A stretch of 64,000 nt of DNA from positions 3,840,001 through 3,904,000 of the forward strand of contig OZ253564.1 of the NCBI GenBank assembly GCA_965262915.1, read 5' to 3'. The position numbers were made by a program, and so were the translations under genes. Positions 38,864 to 49,308 of the stretch are shown piece after piece (within the stretch, counting starts at the first letter, position 1; each line of letters opens with the position of its first letter). The DNA is from Candidatus Spongiisociaceae bacterium. Lineage in GTDB: Bacteria > Actinomycetota > Acidimicrobiia > Spongiisociales > Spongiisociaceae. Under the pieces are notes generated by a model. The model searched no databases. It worked only from the letters and a program-made list of their open reading frames with translations, and had not been told where the DNA came from.

Positions 38864-40588
38864 TCACGCGCCGCGGGCCAGCTTGAGGTTCTGGGCCCAG
38901 GCGGCGGCCGGTGCCCATTCGAGATCGTTGCTTATGCCATAGGGTGACAGCCCGTGGAAGATGTAGATGTAGGGCCTGTCGGCCAGCATCGCCCGTTGAG
39001 CGGCCCTCAAATGACCGATCAGTTCTTCCTCGCTGGTCGCCCCACCGGTAGCGGCGAGGTGGTTGTCGACCTCCTCGTTGGAGTACCAGGCGTAGTTGAC
39101 GCCGCCTTCGGTCGGGAAGCTGCCCGTGCCTATGTAGGCACCCAGGAGCATGTTGGTGTCCCATCCCATGGCCATCGACAGCAGCGGGATCGGTTCTCCG
39201 GGTACCGGCTCGGGAACGCCGGCGAACCACTCACCGAGATATGACGTCCATTCGAGGATCTGGATCTGCATCTCGATACCCACGGCGAGCATATCGGACT
39301 GGACCTGCTCGAGTATGCGACCCGGAGTGGGAACCCCCATCGCCGAGGTGGATGTCTTGATGTTCACGACGAGGTCGGACACCCCCGCCTCGGAGAGCAG
39401 CGCGGCGGCCCGGTCCGGATCGTAGGGGAAGGGCGTGAGATCCGGGTCGTACGCCGAGTTGCCGAGCCCGTAGAACTGGCTGGCCGGTACCCCGGCACCT
39501 CGCAGAAGCCCATCGGTGATGGCCTCCCGGTTGATGGCGAGGCTGAAGGCCTCCCGGACTCTCGGGTCGCTCCACGGTTCGTGGCCGATGTGCCCTGCGA
39601 AGCCGAAGGTCACCGGCTTGCCGGCGAACTCGATGCGGAGGTCCGGGGAGGCCTCGATCTGCGGGATGCTGTCGGGAGTCAGTTCCTGTGCGATGTGGAA
39701 GCTGCCGGTGACCAGACCCGACACCTTGGTCGGTTCGTCGGCCACCGGAACGAAGATGAGCCGCTCGATGTCGGGAGCGCCGCCCCAGTAGTCGGCGTTC
39801 CGTACGAGAACCAGCTCGCTGCCCCTCTCGTAGGACTCGACCGCGAACGGTCCGGTACCGACACCGATATTGGCGAACGCGTCGTTCCCCGATTCCTGGA
39901 CTGCGGTAGGGCTGACCATATAGAAAGTGGGCGCCCGTCCCAGGTAGTCGAACCAACCGGCGTTCGGCTCCGCCAGCTGCACGGTGAACTCATATTCGCT
40001 TGCTGCCTCGTAGCTCTCCACGCCGCCGATGAACCCTGCAACGGTTGCGTTCGCCATCTCGAAGTAGTGCTCGAATCCCTCGTCGAACCACCGCCGGAAA
40101 TTGAACACCGCGGCTTCGCTGTTCCATGGAGTCCCGTCGTGGAAGGTGACCCCCTGCCTGAGGTTGAAGCTGTACGTCGTCCCGTCGGGTGAGATATCCC
40201 ACGATTCGGCCAGACCGGCGATCAGCGGAACCGGGGCCTCCAGGCTCGAGTAGTCGAGCATGGTCAGACCGTCGAAGATGTTGCAGAGAGCAATCCAGGC
40301 ATTGCCGGCAATGGTCGTATGGGGATCGAGCGTATCGGGGTCACCACTGAGTCCGAAGACAACTTCGCTGAGGGCAGGCGCAGCAGTTGTGGTGCTCGCC
40401 GGTTGCGCTGCGGTCGTAGCCGGGGCTGCCGTAGTCGTCGTCTCACTGGTCCCGGCACAGGCCGCCAGCAACAGGTATCCGACGCTGCCGCCAGCAGTCA
40501 TGAGGAACCGTCGCCGTGTCAGGCCGTTGCTTGGAAGCTCCTGCAATCCCCTAATGCTCGACAGGCTCTGGTCGACGTCTCTGTCCAT
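38864..40588 (-). CDS. ABC transporter substrate-binding lipoprotein, family 5 (Tat signal)
   Basis: TRRRFL twin-arginine motif, LAAC lipobox, Thr/Ala linker, GLAESW.ISPDG.TY.F.LR.GV.FHDGTP. Confidence 0.92.
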   Translation of the reverse strand: MDRDVDQSLSSIRGLQELPSNGLTRRRFLMTAGGSVGYLLLAACAGTSETTTTAAPATTAAQPASTTTAAPALSEVVFGLSGDPDTLDPHTTIAGNAWIALCNIFDGLTMLDYSSLEAPVPLIAGLAESWDISPDGTTYSFNLRQGVTFHDGTPWNSEAAVFNFRRWFDEGFEHYFEMANATVAGFIGGVESYEAASEYEFTVQLAEPNAGWFDYLGRAPTFYMVSPTAVQESGNDAFANIGVGTGPFAVESYERGSELVLVRNADYWGGAPDIERLIFVPVADEPTKVSGLVTGSFHIAQELTPDSIPQIEASPDLRIEFAGKPVTFGFAGHIGHEPWSDPRVREAFSLAINREAITDGLLRGAGVPASQFYGLGNSAYDPDLTPFPYDPDRAAALLSEAGVSDLVVNIKTSTSAMGVPTPGRILEQVQSDMLAVGIEMQIQILEWTSYLGEWFAGVPEPVPGEPIPLLSMAMGWDTNMLLGAYIGTGSFPTEGGVNYAWYSNEEVDNHLAATGGATSEEELIGHLRAAQRAMLADRPYIYIFHGLSPYGISNDLEWAPAAAWAQNLKLARGA

Positions 40589-41090
40589 GCTCTCCGCCCT
40601 TCCCGGGACCATCCACATCGCCCTGCACCCTCCGCCCGATAGCCGTGCCGTGGCATCCCGGTCCGGCGCAACCGTCTCTTCAAACCCGAGGGCAGCATTC
40701 TGGGATGTCTAACCAGCCATAGTCCTGCTGTCAACTCGTATTGCCGGGGTCCGGACAAGGTCGGGGGCTGAAGACATGCGATACAGGCTGATGCCGTAGT
40801 GGAGTCTCTGGATTTGCCACGATACCGATCCAAGGGTGGCCAAGATGGTGACGCTGCAGTGTCTCACAGATCGGCTGTTCGAGCGCTATCGACGAGCCGA
40901 TCTGAAACGTGCCCGCTCGAAGATGTGGGTCGAAGCGGATCTCGGGAAGTCGGACCTCGCCGGGAGGTGCCTCGCCAAGATCCTCTCGGGCATCGTCAGT
41001 CACCGCATGGGGGCTTCTACCCGTCCCGGCGAGTCGTCAACGCTTACCCGGCAACCGGCCTTGAGAGCGAGCAGGCAGATCCGGCCTGCC

Positions 41091-42014
41091 TCATCCGGCG
41101 CTCCTCGGCTGCCGGTGCCCGTTGAGGCCCTTCATGGTGGCGAAGGAATGCATGGCGAGGACAACGATGAGAATCAACCCTCCTGCAAGTGTGGCCGTAT
41201 GCGGTGCCTCGCCTACAGCTATCCAGACCCAGTAGGCCCCGAGCACCGTCTGCAGCAGCAACAGCAACGCGACCTCGGCCGCCGGAATGTATCGGGGTCC
41301 GGTGGCGATCAGGCCGAACGCCAATGGCATCACGAGGAGACCGAGAAGAAGCAGCAGGATCCAATCTCGCAGGTCGGCCGAGGCCGGGCTTGCAGCCGGC
41401 AGGCCGACAAGGCCGCTCAAACCCCCTCCAATCGCCACTGCGGGCACCAGGTTCAGGGATGGTTTGGACCTCAGGACCACCAGCGTCCCACCGATTGCGA
41501 TCGCGGCTACGAGACCGGCGAGAGTGCCCGGCAGATCCCCTGCGACCAGCGAGCCGAGCATGATCACCAGCGTCGCCACGGCCCCTCCCCCGATGGCGAG
41601 CCATGTCCGTCGAGGAACCTGCCGCCGTAACACGATACGGGTCAGCAGCCCGGCGAACAGAGGGCTCAGGCTGATCATCAGCAGGGTGTTGGCCACCGAT
41701 GTGCGGGTGATCGAAATGATGAACATCACGTTGTCCAGGGCGAACAGCAGCGCCGCCGTCAGGCCGGCGAGTCCCATCGCTGCCCGGAGTTCATCCCTCC
41801 ACCTGGTCCGCTCCACTATCAGAAAAAAAGCGAACAGGCCCGGCGCCGACAGCACTCCCCGCACGAACAGGAGCGTCCAGGCGTCCACCTCGACCAGCCG
41901 GATAGGGATGCCCTGGAAGCTCAGGACGACAACGCCCACAGAAGTAATCAAGAACCCTTTGGCTTGTCGGGAGAGGGACGAGAACCTACCTAGGACCGTA
42001 AACCTCCTGGCCAC
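41091..42014 (-). CDS. EamA/DMT family transporter 1
   Basis: 10 TM pattern; TSVANTLL..SLSPLFA, GPRYIPAAEVALL. Confidence 0.85.
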   Translation of the reverse strand: MARRFTVLGRFSSLSRQAKGFLITSVGVVVLSFQGIPIRLVEVDAWTLLFVRGVLSAPGLFAFFLIVERTRWRDELRAAMGLAGLTAALLFALDNVMFIISITRTSVANTLLMISLSPLFAGLLTRIVLRRQVPRRTWLAIGGGAVATLVIMLGSLVAGDLPGTLAGLVAAIAIGGTLVVLRSKPSLNLVPAVAIGGGLSGLVGLPAASPASADLRDWILLLLLGLLVMPLAFGLIATGPRYIPAAEVALLLLLQTVLGAYWVWIAVGEAPHTATLAGGLILIVVLAMHSFATMKGLNGHRQPRSAG

Positions 42015-42143
42015 TCGGATGCCACGAGCAGGATCGCAGGGTCGGCCCTGCCTTGTCGATTCCGGGATCGTGGGGCTGTCGATCCCTCCAAAGACCGGTG
42101 TCGGATGTTCAACCCGGGTTTCCCCGAAGACGATACGTATCCA

Positions 42144-42202
42144 GATTTGGTAGATCGTGAGAACCGGATTTAGTAGATCGGATCTATCCGATCTGGTAGA
42201 TC
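42144..42202. promoter_or_regulatory. Three 13-bp near-palindromes at exact 23-bp spacing (putative operator array)
   Basis: GATTTGGTAGATC (42144), GATTTAGTAGATC (42167), GATCTGGTAGATC (42190). Confidence 0.6.
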
Positions 42203-42232
42203 ATCCAATAGCGCGGCTCTTTCAACTTCGTG

Positions 42233-44593
42233 CTAAGCACCTCCACTCGCCGCTCGATCGATGAAACCCAGTACTCTCTCCGGCGTGAGCGGGAGTTCGT
42301 TGACGAACACTTTGCCGATAGGGCGGATGGCGTCCTGAACCGCCGCGGCCATGATGGCGTAGGGAGCGACCGCGCCGCCTTCTCCTACCCCTTTGATGCC
42401 GTTGGGACTGGTCGGTGAGAGAGTCTTGAGGTGGCTTATCTCGAATTTGGGCAACTCGGTCGGCCCGGGAATCAAGTAATCCATGAATGAGGTGGTCAGC
42501 AACTGGCCCTCCTCGTCGTAGATGAGCTCCTCGTATAACGCACCGCCGATACCTTGGGCGACGCCTCCGTGGATCTGGCCCTCGACAATGGTCGGGTTGA
42601 TCATCTGACCGCAGTCCTCGACGATGTGGTATTCGAGGATCTCCACCGCTCCGGTCTCGGCGTCGACCTCCACGAGGACGATCTGGGACGCATTGGCGTA
42701 CGTGCCGTGGCCCGAATCGAACGTCCCGGCCGCTTCCAGCAACGGACTCCATCCGAACGGGAACCGCTCGGGGTGGTAATAGGTGGCCCTCGCCACCTCC
42801 CCCACAGACAGCCCCCGGGTCCCGGACCCTCGAACGGTCACACGGCCGGCTACGAACTCGACATCCTCCGCCGCGGCTTCCATCAGGTGGGCGCCTCGTT
42901 CGAGCACCATCTCCTTGACCTCGCCCGACGCTATGTGCGCGGCTCCCCCGGCCACCACCGCCGAGCGGCTGGCGAAGGTACCGATACCCTGGGCCGTCTG
43001 CTGGGTGTCTCCGTAGAGGATCCGGATGTGCTCCATGGGGATCGTCAGCTGGTCGGCCACGATCTGGGCGATGGTTGTCTCGTGCCCCTGTCCATGGGAG
43101 TGGGTTCCGAGCTGCACGGTCGCCGAGCCGGACGGGTCAAGGCGGACGATGGCCGAGTCGTACCTGAAGTTGATCGGCACACCCTCGTCCACGGCCGGTG
43201 CGGTCTGCTCGATGAAGGTGACCACCCCGATGCCGAGGAGGCGTCCCTCCTCGCGGGCGAGGCGCTGGCGTTCCCGCATCCCTTCGTAATCGGCCTCGGT
43301 ACGCACCTTGTCCAGCGACTCGATGAGGCTCGCATTGTCATATACGAAACCCGTCGCGGACGTGTACGGGAACTCCTCGTCCCGGATCAGGTTACGTCGC
43401 CGCACCTCGACGGGGTCCATGCCGAGAGCATCCGCCACCGCGTCCATCGCCCGTTCGACCGTCAGGCAGTTCGCAGAACGGGCTACCCCCCGGTAGGCGC
43501 CGTACGGGCACTTGTTGGTGGCGACTCCGGCTGCCTCGCATCGGAAGTTCCTTATCCGGTACGGCCCGGGCATGATGAACAGCGACATCCCCGGATCCAG
43601 GGCGGCCGTCCACGGATACACCGAGTAGGCGCCACAATCGACCGTCACCCGCGCGCTCAGGGCCAGAACCTCCCCCTCCTCGGAATAGGCCACCCTGGCG
43701 TTGTGGTAATGCTCCCGGGAGTGGAAACACGCGAGCATGTGCTCCCGCCGGTCCTCGATCCACCGGACCGGACACCTTGCCTCCATGGCAAGCACGCATA
43801 CGGCGACCACTTCGGGGTCCAGGTGTGACTTAGGCCCGAAGCCGCCGCCCACGTCGGGGGCGATCACCCGTATCCGATTCTCCGGCATGTCGAAGCAGAC
43901 GGCGAGTTCACTTCTGATCATGTGAGGGATCTGGGTTGCGTTCCACAAGGTGAGCACCCGTTCGATGGGGTCGTAGCTGGCAATGCAGCCCCGGCCTTCC
44001 ATCGGGATGCCGCCGTGACGCCGGGTCGCGACTTCGAACTCCACCACCCCGTACGCATCGGCAAACGCCTGATCGGGATCGCCCGACACGAGCCGGTCCT
44101 TGTAGAAGTAATTGTCCTTCCATCCCTCATGGAGAGGCGCGGCCGTAGGCTGCTGAGCCGCCTCCACCGACGGGAGCGGGGTGAGCGGCTCGTAGTCAAC
44201 GTCGACCAAGGCTGCACCATCCTCGGCGAGGTACCGGTCGTCGGCCGCAACCACCGCCACCGCCTCACCGACGTACCGAACCCGGTCAATGGCCAGGGCG
44301 GGGTATTCCGAGCTTTGCCAGCCTTCGGCGATCGCGTCGCAGACCGTGGGTTTGACCCGACCCACCAAGTCCTGCCCGTGCAAGGCGGCCACCACTCCCG
44401 GAACCGCCAAAGCCTCCGAGACATCGACCGAGGTGATCTCGGCATGGGCGAAAGGGCTCCGTACGAAAGCGGCGTCGATCATCCCCGGCAGCTCGATGTC
44501 CTCGATGTAGCGGGCCTTGCCCATCAGAAAACGGGGGTCTTCGACCCGCCGGACCCGGGCACCGAGCAGGGTCGGCTGCTTGGCGTATGTCAT
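42233..44593 (-). CDS. Xanthine dehydrogenase family Mo-binding large subunit (L1)
   Basis: RVEDPRFL.G, DVGGGFG.K, AYRGVAR, HGQGHET, SRS, KGVGEG. Confidence 0.92.
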   Translation of the reverse strand: MTYAKQPTLLGARVRRVEDPRFLMGKARYIEDIELPGMIDAAFVRSPFAHAEITSVDVSEALAVPGVVAALHGQDLVGRVKPTVCDAIAEGWQSSEYPALAIDRVRYVGEAVAVVAADDRYLAEDGAALVDVDYEPLTPLPSVEAAQQPTAAPLHEGWKDNYFYKDRLVSGDPDQAFADAYGVVEFEVATRRHGGIPMEGRGCIASYDPIERVLTLWNATQIPHMIRSELAVCFDMPENRIRVIAPDVGGGFGPKSHLDPEVVAVCVLAMEARCPVRWIEDRREHMLACFHSREHYHNARVAYSEEGEVLALSARVTVDCGAYSVYPWTAALDPGMSLFIMPGPYRIRNFRCEAAGVATNKCPYGAYRGVARSANCLTVERAMDAVADALGMDPVEVRRRNLIRDEEFPYTSATGFVYDNASLIESLDKVRTEADYEGMRERQRLAREEGRLLGIGVVTFIEQTAPAVDEGVPINFRYDSAIVRLDPSGSATVQLGTHSHGQGHETTIAQIVADQLTIPMEHIRILYGDTQQTAQGIGTFASRSAVVAGGAAHIASGEVKEMVLERGAHLMEAAAEDVEFVAGRVTVRGSGTRGLSVGEVARATYYHPERFPFGWSPLLEAAGTFDSGHGTYANASQIVLVEVDAETGAVEILEYHIVEDCGQMINPTIVEGQIHGGVAQGIGGALYEELIYDEEGQLLTTSFMDYLIPGPTELPKFEISHLKTLSPTSPNGIKGVGEGGAVAPYAIMAAAVQDAIRPIGKVFVNELPLTPERVLGFIDRAASGGA

Positions 44594-45105
44594 GCGGTCC
44601 CCCCCGCCGGGGAGGGTCTCGCCATCCGTTCAGCCGCCGCCTTCACCGAGTCGACGATGAATACGTACCCGGTGCACCGGCAGAGGTTGCCCGCAAGAGC
44701 TTCCCTTATCTCGGCCTCCGAAGGGTCCGGGTTCTCCTCCAGGAGGGCCTTGGCGGTGAGCACCATGCCGGGCGTGCAGAAGCCGCACTGCAAACCGTGG
44801 TGGTCCCAGAAGGCCTGCTGAACGGGATGCAGATGATCGGGATCGCTAGCCAACCCTTCGATCGTTTGGATTTCGGCCCCGTCAGCCTGCACGGCGAACG
44901 TCAGGCAGGATCGTACCGTCTCGCCGTCGATCACCACCGTGCAGCTCCCGCAAACACCGTGCTCGCATCCGAGATGTGTCCCGGTCAGGCCCAGGTTCCG
45001 GCGCAGGAAGTCGGCAAGCAGCAGGCGTGGTTCGACAATGGCCCGGTGCATGCGTCCGTTCACGGTGAGGCTGATGGCCACATCCTGTTGGACCGGATCA
45101 ACCAT
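44590..45105 (-). CDS. 2Fe-2S small subunit (CoxS/CutS-like)
   Basis: GCEHGVCGSCT, QCGFCTPG, GNLCRCTGY. Confidence 0.93.
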   Translation of the reverse strand: MVDPVQQDVAISLTVNGRMHRAIVEPRLLLADFLRRNLGLTGTHLGCEHGVCGSCTVVIDGETVRSCLTFAVQADGAEIQTIEGLASDPDHLHPVQQAFWDHHGLQCGFCTPGMVLTAKALLEENPDPSEAEIREALAGNLCRCTGYVFIVDSVKAAAERMARPSPAGGTA

Positions 45106-45973
45106 GCTTCAACTCCGGTCGGCCCACCGCCTCTTGAAGCGCTCTGCGGGTCAGGGTCAGAACCAGCCGACGCCGGTAGTCGGCTGATCCGTGGATATCC
45201 GACATCGGGTCGACGGTCTCCCCCGCGGCGACCGCGGCGGACTCGATGGTCTCATCGTCGGGGGAGGAACCGACGAGCACTCGCTCCGCTGCGAGAGCGC
45301 GCCTGGGAGTGGCTTCCACTCCCCCCAACCCGATCCTGGCCGAGGTCACCCGACCGGCACCGATCCTCAGGACGGCCGCCACCATCACCACGGCGAAGTC
45401 TCCCACCTTCCGAGCGAACTCCTTGAAGCCCCACCGCTCATCGGGACGGATCCGGGGGACCTGCACGGATGACACTATCTCGTCGGGAGCAAGCGTCGTG
45501 GTCATGTGATCCAGAAAGAACTCATCCGCACCAATGGTCCGCCCTCCGTTGGCCCCCACCGCGTGGATATCCGCTCCCAGAGTGACGGCTACACAGGGGA
45601 GTTCGGAGGCCGGGTCGGCATGGGCCAGGCTCCCGCCCATCGTTCCCCGGTATCGGATCGCCCGGTAACCGATATGGCCCGCCGCGTGGCTGAGCAGGGG
45701 CGCTCCACTCATGATCCGAGGCGAAGTCGCCACCGTGTGGTGTCGCGTCATGGCCCCGATTGTCAGATGGTCGTCGTCAGACTTCACGAAGGCGAGCTCG
45801 TCCACCCGGTTGAGGTCCACCAGCACCGCAGGCCGGGCCAGCCGCAGGTTCATGAGCGGGACCAGGCTCTGCCCGCCGGCGAGCAACTTGGCCTCGTATC
45901 CGTGCTCATCGAGCAGGAAGATCGCCTCCTCCAAGGTTCGGGGAGCAAAATATGCGAACTCGGCCGGTTTCAT
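45098..45973 (-). CDS. FAD-binding medium subunit (CoxM/CutM-like)
   Basis: MKPAEFAY, LAGGQSL, IRYRGTMGGSLAHADP. Confidence 0.93.
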   Translation of the reverse strand: MKPAEFAYFAPRTLEEAIFLLDEHGYEAKLLAGGQSLVPLMNLRLARPAVLVDLNRVDELAFVKSDDDHLTIGAMTRHHTVATSPRIMSGAPLLSHAAGHIGYRAIRYRGTMGGSLAHADPASELPCVAVTLGADIHAVGANGGRTIGADEFFLDHMTTTLAPDEIVSSVQVPRIRPDERWGFKEFARKVGDFAVVMVAAVLRIGAGRVTSARIGLGGVEATPRRALAAERVLVGSSPDDETIESAAVAAGETVDPMSDIHGSADYRRRLVLTLTRRALQEAVGRPELKHG

Positions 45974-45987
45974 ATGGAGATCTCCGC

Positions 45988-46890
45988 CTAGGAGTGTCTG
46001 TCGAGGCTTCGCAGGGTGGCGACGGAATGGGCCGCCAGCACCGCGACGAGGATGAGCCCGCCCACGACCGTAGGGAGGGCCGGTACCTCATCGACGACCA
46101 TCCAGACCCACAAGGCCCCGAGCACTGTCTCGAGCAGGAGGAACAGGGCCACTTCGGCAGCAGGGATGAACCTCGGTCCGGTGGCTATGAGGCCGAAAGC
46201 TATCGGTACGACAAAGAGGCCGAGGGCGATGAGATACATCCAGTCCTGGGAACCGGCGGACGCCGGATGGGAGGCCGGCAAGCCCACGAGAGCCGCCAAC
46301 CCTGCTCCTAAGGCCACCGCCGGGACCATATTCAGCGTAGGATTGGCCCTCAGCACCACCAGCGTCCCGCCGATGGCTGCTGACGCGATCAGACCGGCAA
46401 TAGTGCCCGAGAGGTCACCCTCTACCAGCGATCCGAGCATGATGATCAACGTAGCCACCGCTCCCCCTGCGATAGCCAGCCAAGTGCGTCTCGGAACCGC
46501 CTCCCGCAGCACGATGCGGGTGAACAGGCCGGCGAACAGCGGGCTGAGGCTGATAAGGAGAAGGGTGTTCGCCACCGAAGTGTGGGTGATCGAATAGATG
46601 AACCCGACGTTGTCGATCGCAAACAGCACTGCTGCGAGGACCCCGGCCAGGCCCATCGAGCGCAGTTGGCCCCTCCACTTTCCCCGCTCCACCACCAGAA
46701 AGAACACGAAGAGGCCCGGGGACGCGAGCAGGCCTCGCAAGAAGAGCAGCGTCCACGGATCGACCTCGATCAACCGGATCAGAACGCCTTCGACGCTGAG
46801 AACCAGAACCCCGATGAACGTGATCAGCAACCCGAACCCCGCAGGTGACAGACCCCGGTACGGCTGCCGTTGGGAGGGCTTAGCCGTCAT
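45988..46890 (-). CDS. EamA/DMT family transporter 2
   Basis: Clear paralogue of 41091..42014. Confidence 0.85.
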   Translation of the reverse strand: MTAKPSQRQPYRGLSPAGFGLLITFIGVLVLSVEGVLIRLIEVDPWTLLFLRGLLASPGLFVFFLVVERGKWRGQLRSMGLAGVLAAVLFAIDNVGFIYSITHTSVANTLLLISLSPLFAGLFTRIVLREAVPRRTWLAIAGGAVATLIIMLGSLVEGDLSGTIAGLIASAAIGGTLVVLRANPTLNMVPAVALGAGLAALVGLPASHPASAGSQDWMYLIALGLFVVPIAFGLIATGPRFIPAAEVALFLLLETVLGALWVWMVVDEVPALPTVVGGLILVAVLAAHSVATLRSLDRHS

Positions 46891-47252
46891 GCAGGCTCCG
46901 GAGGGAACGTGGTTCGGGTTGCCGAGACCCGAACCCGATGGTTGTGTGGGTGGGGTATCCGGCTCGGGCCGGACCGAACCGGTCGGGATGGTTCCGGTAC
47001 ATGGCTCGGGTTGGTTCAAGTCCTGCTCGACACCGAGCAGCAGACAGTTTGTGGGTCATCTGGGCAGCCGTTCGACTAGACCATCCGGAGGATAACCCTT
47101 CGCCGGCGAGCCGAGTGCCCGGTGGGCACCTTCCTTGGAACCATCAACCGGGTCTGGAGATCCATTGCGAACCACCTCGGCCCGCTTGTGCAGATCGCGA
47201 AACTCGCCGCGACCGACCGCGCGCCCACGGACGATTCGGGACGCGACTAGGC

Positions 47253-47588
47253 CTACAGCAGAGCGCGGACGGCTCCGCGCAGCCCGGCCAGAGCGAGGAA
47301 GAGGGCAGTCTGCTGGCCGCTCGCCGTCGTGTGGTCACGTATTTTGAGGCTGTGGGTGTATTCGGACAGGGCGAACCGGAGATACTGGACCTCACCCGAA
47401 ACAGGATCGGGCCATTCGGTGACCTCTTCCAGCGTCAAGCGTGCCTCTTCCAGGGCGGGAAGAGCCATGTCGAGCCCCACGCCAGGTGAGTCCCACCGGA
47501 GCTTGTAGACGCTCGCCTTGTAGATCTGAAGGTCGATGTCGGTCACGGCCGCCCACAGCAGCGCCTTGTATCCTTTGCCGATCGTCAT
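47253..47588 (-). CDS. Hypothetical helical protein (111 aa) directly downstream of UbiD 1
   Basis: GGGAGGG RBS before ATG 47588; 34 nt after the ubiD stop; no motif recognised. Confidence 0.55.
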   Translation of the reverse strand: MTIGKGYKALLWAAVTDIDLQIYKASVYKLRWDSPGVGLDMALPALEEARLTLEEVTEWPDPVSGEVQYLRFALSEYTHSLKIRDHTTASGQQTALFLALAGLRGAVRALL

Positions 47589-47622
47589 GCCAACCCTCCC
47601 GGTGTGATCGCGTTGCCCGCAG

Positions 47623-49029
47623 TCATGTTCCGTCCACGGACCGCCACTCGGTGAGGTAGTCCGAGAGATCCATATCCTCCCAGACATCCCTCGGGACATC
47701 CGCACGTTCCTCGAACGGAGCCTCGACCGGTTTCGTGGCGTCGATGGCCCACTTGGTGTTCATGGTGTCCTTCTCCCAGCGGCTCCAGATCGAGTACGAG
47801 GCAGGATCGAGCCGCGAGGTCGCGGACTCGGGAACGAAGAACGTGGAGCGATCCGGCTGGGTCCTGGTGGCGATGGCCCACAGAACCTCGGCGTCGTTGT
47901 GGATGTCGACATCCTCGTCGACGACAACCGCGAGCTTCACGAAGGGATCCGACGAGAGCGCCGCCAAGGCAGCGAGCTTGCCCGCTCCGTCGTACTCCTT
48001 GCATATCCGGACGTACGCGTGGAACCGGCATATACCGGACATCGGCATCGCCACGTCGATGACCGACGGGACGGCGGCCTTGACCCTCTTGTAGAGAACC
48101 GACTCCCTCCCGAGCCGCCCGGTGAGGTTGTGCTCCGGGTGCGCCGCGAAGAGATGGTGGAAGATCGCATCCTTGCGATGGGTGATGGCGGTCACCTCCA
48201 TCACGGGGCTCGGGCGCTCCAGCCCGTAGTACCAGGTGAACTCGCCGTAGGGACCCTCACCGATGCGCTCGTGGGGAAGGATCCGACCCTCTATCACCAC
48301 CTCGGCGTGGGCGGGAACCAGCACGTCCACCGTCTTGGCCATGGTGACCGCCAAAGGCTCTTTGAGCAGCCCGCCCATGACCTCGTACTCGTCCTCGCCG
48401 AAGGGGATCTTCGACTGGCAGCCCAGCAGGCAGGCCGGGTGATGACCGATCCAGGTCACCACCTCCAGCGGCTCGCCCCGTGCCTCGAAGGGCCGATGCA
48501 CCTGGCCGATGTGGGTGTGCTTCTCGTAGCTCATGCCCAGCGTATTGCGGGAGTGGACCATCATCCGGTAGATGCCGGAGTTGAAATTGTCGGTTCCGGG
48601 ATGCCGGACGGTGGTGATACCCGCGCTGATGAAGGGCCCGGAGTCCTTCCCGCAGTTGGTCACTATGGGGACCTCATGGAGGTTCACGTCCTCGGCCGGG
48701 ATGACAACGTCGTGGACCGGTCCCGTGTCGACCACCTCATAGGGAATGCGGGCGTCCTCCCGGTCGATATAAGCCTTCGTCATCTCGGTGGGCGTAGTCT
48801 CGAGCGCCTCGGCCAGCAAGGCGGCACTGCCCAAGACGTTGGAGATCGTTCGTAGCTTCGATCCCTCCACAGATTCGAAGAGCACCGCCGGGTAGCGGCC
48901 CTCCGACTGCAGTTTCCGCAGCACCCCGGGGAGTTCGAATAGCGGACTGACCGGCCGTGAGACACGAACCAACTCGGATGGAGCGTTCGTCTCGACACGC
49001 TTGAGGAAACTCCTCAGGTCCTTGGCCAC
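47623..49029 (-). CDS. UbiD-family (prFMN-dependent) decarboxylase 1
   Basis: DLRSFL, D.GPFISAG, NSGIYR, VPAHAEVVIEG, EGPYGEFTWYY, VVVDEDVDI; GTG with GGAGG RBS. Confidence 0.92.
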   Translation of the reverse strand: MAKDLRSFLKRVETNAPSELVRVSRPVSPLFELPGVLRKLQSEGRYPAVLFESVEGSKLRTISNVLGSAALLAEALETTPTEMTKAYIDREDARIPYEVVDTGPVHDVVIPAEDVNLHEVPIVTNCGKDSGPFISAGITTVRHPGTDNFNSGIYRMMVHSRNTLGMSYEKHTHIGQVHRPFEARGEPLEVVTWIGHHPACLLGCQSKIPFGEDEYEVMGGLLKEPLAVTMAKTVDVLVPAHAEVVIEGRILPHERIGEGPYGEFTWYYGLERPSPVMEVTAITHRKDAIFHHLFAAHPEHNLTGRLGRESVLYKRVKAAVPSVIDVAMPMSGICRFHAYVRICKEYDGAGKLAALAALSSDPFVKLAVVVDEDVDIHNDAEVLWAIATRTQPDRSTFFVPESATSRLDPASYSIWSRWEKDTMNTKWAIDATKPVEAPFEERADVPRDVWEDMDLSDYLTEWRSVDGT

Positions 49030-49308
49030 GAAACACTCCCTCCCTCGTATGCGGGTTGCCGGACGGATGCTAGCCCACGGAAGTCGGCCCCGTTGCGCGC
49101 CTCCGAACTCCTGCCGGAGCAGCACCGAACATCAATGATCCTCATTACCTACCTATCAATCGCCCTCCGACTGATCCGACAACAGGATGGCCCGAGACAA
49201 CCACCCGACCGCCTGCTACCCCGACATGGCGAGAATCACCCGGACAAGGCACCCGGCGAGGAGCCAATCCGTCAACGGAGACACCCGCGCGCGGCTGCCC
49301 GCTCTTGT

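Noticed and set aside
40836-41090. ORF start MAKMVTLQCLTDRLFERY... as a gene or transposase relic
   Set aside because: No motif I can support, and it continues antisense into the EamA gene.
42144-42202. Possible mini-CRISPR array
   Set aside because: 13-bp repeats with 10-bp spacers and no cas genes. I saw no CRISPR array anywhere in the window.
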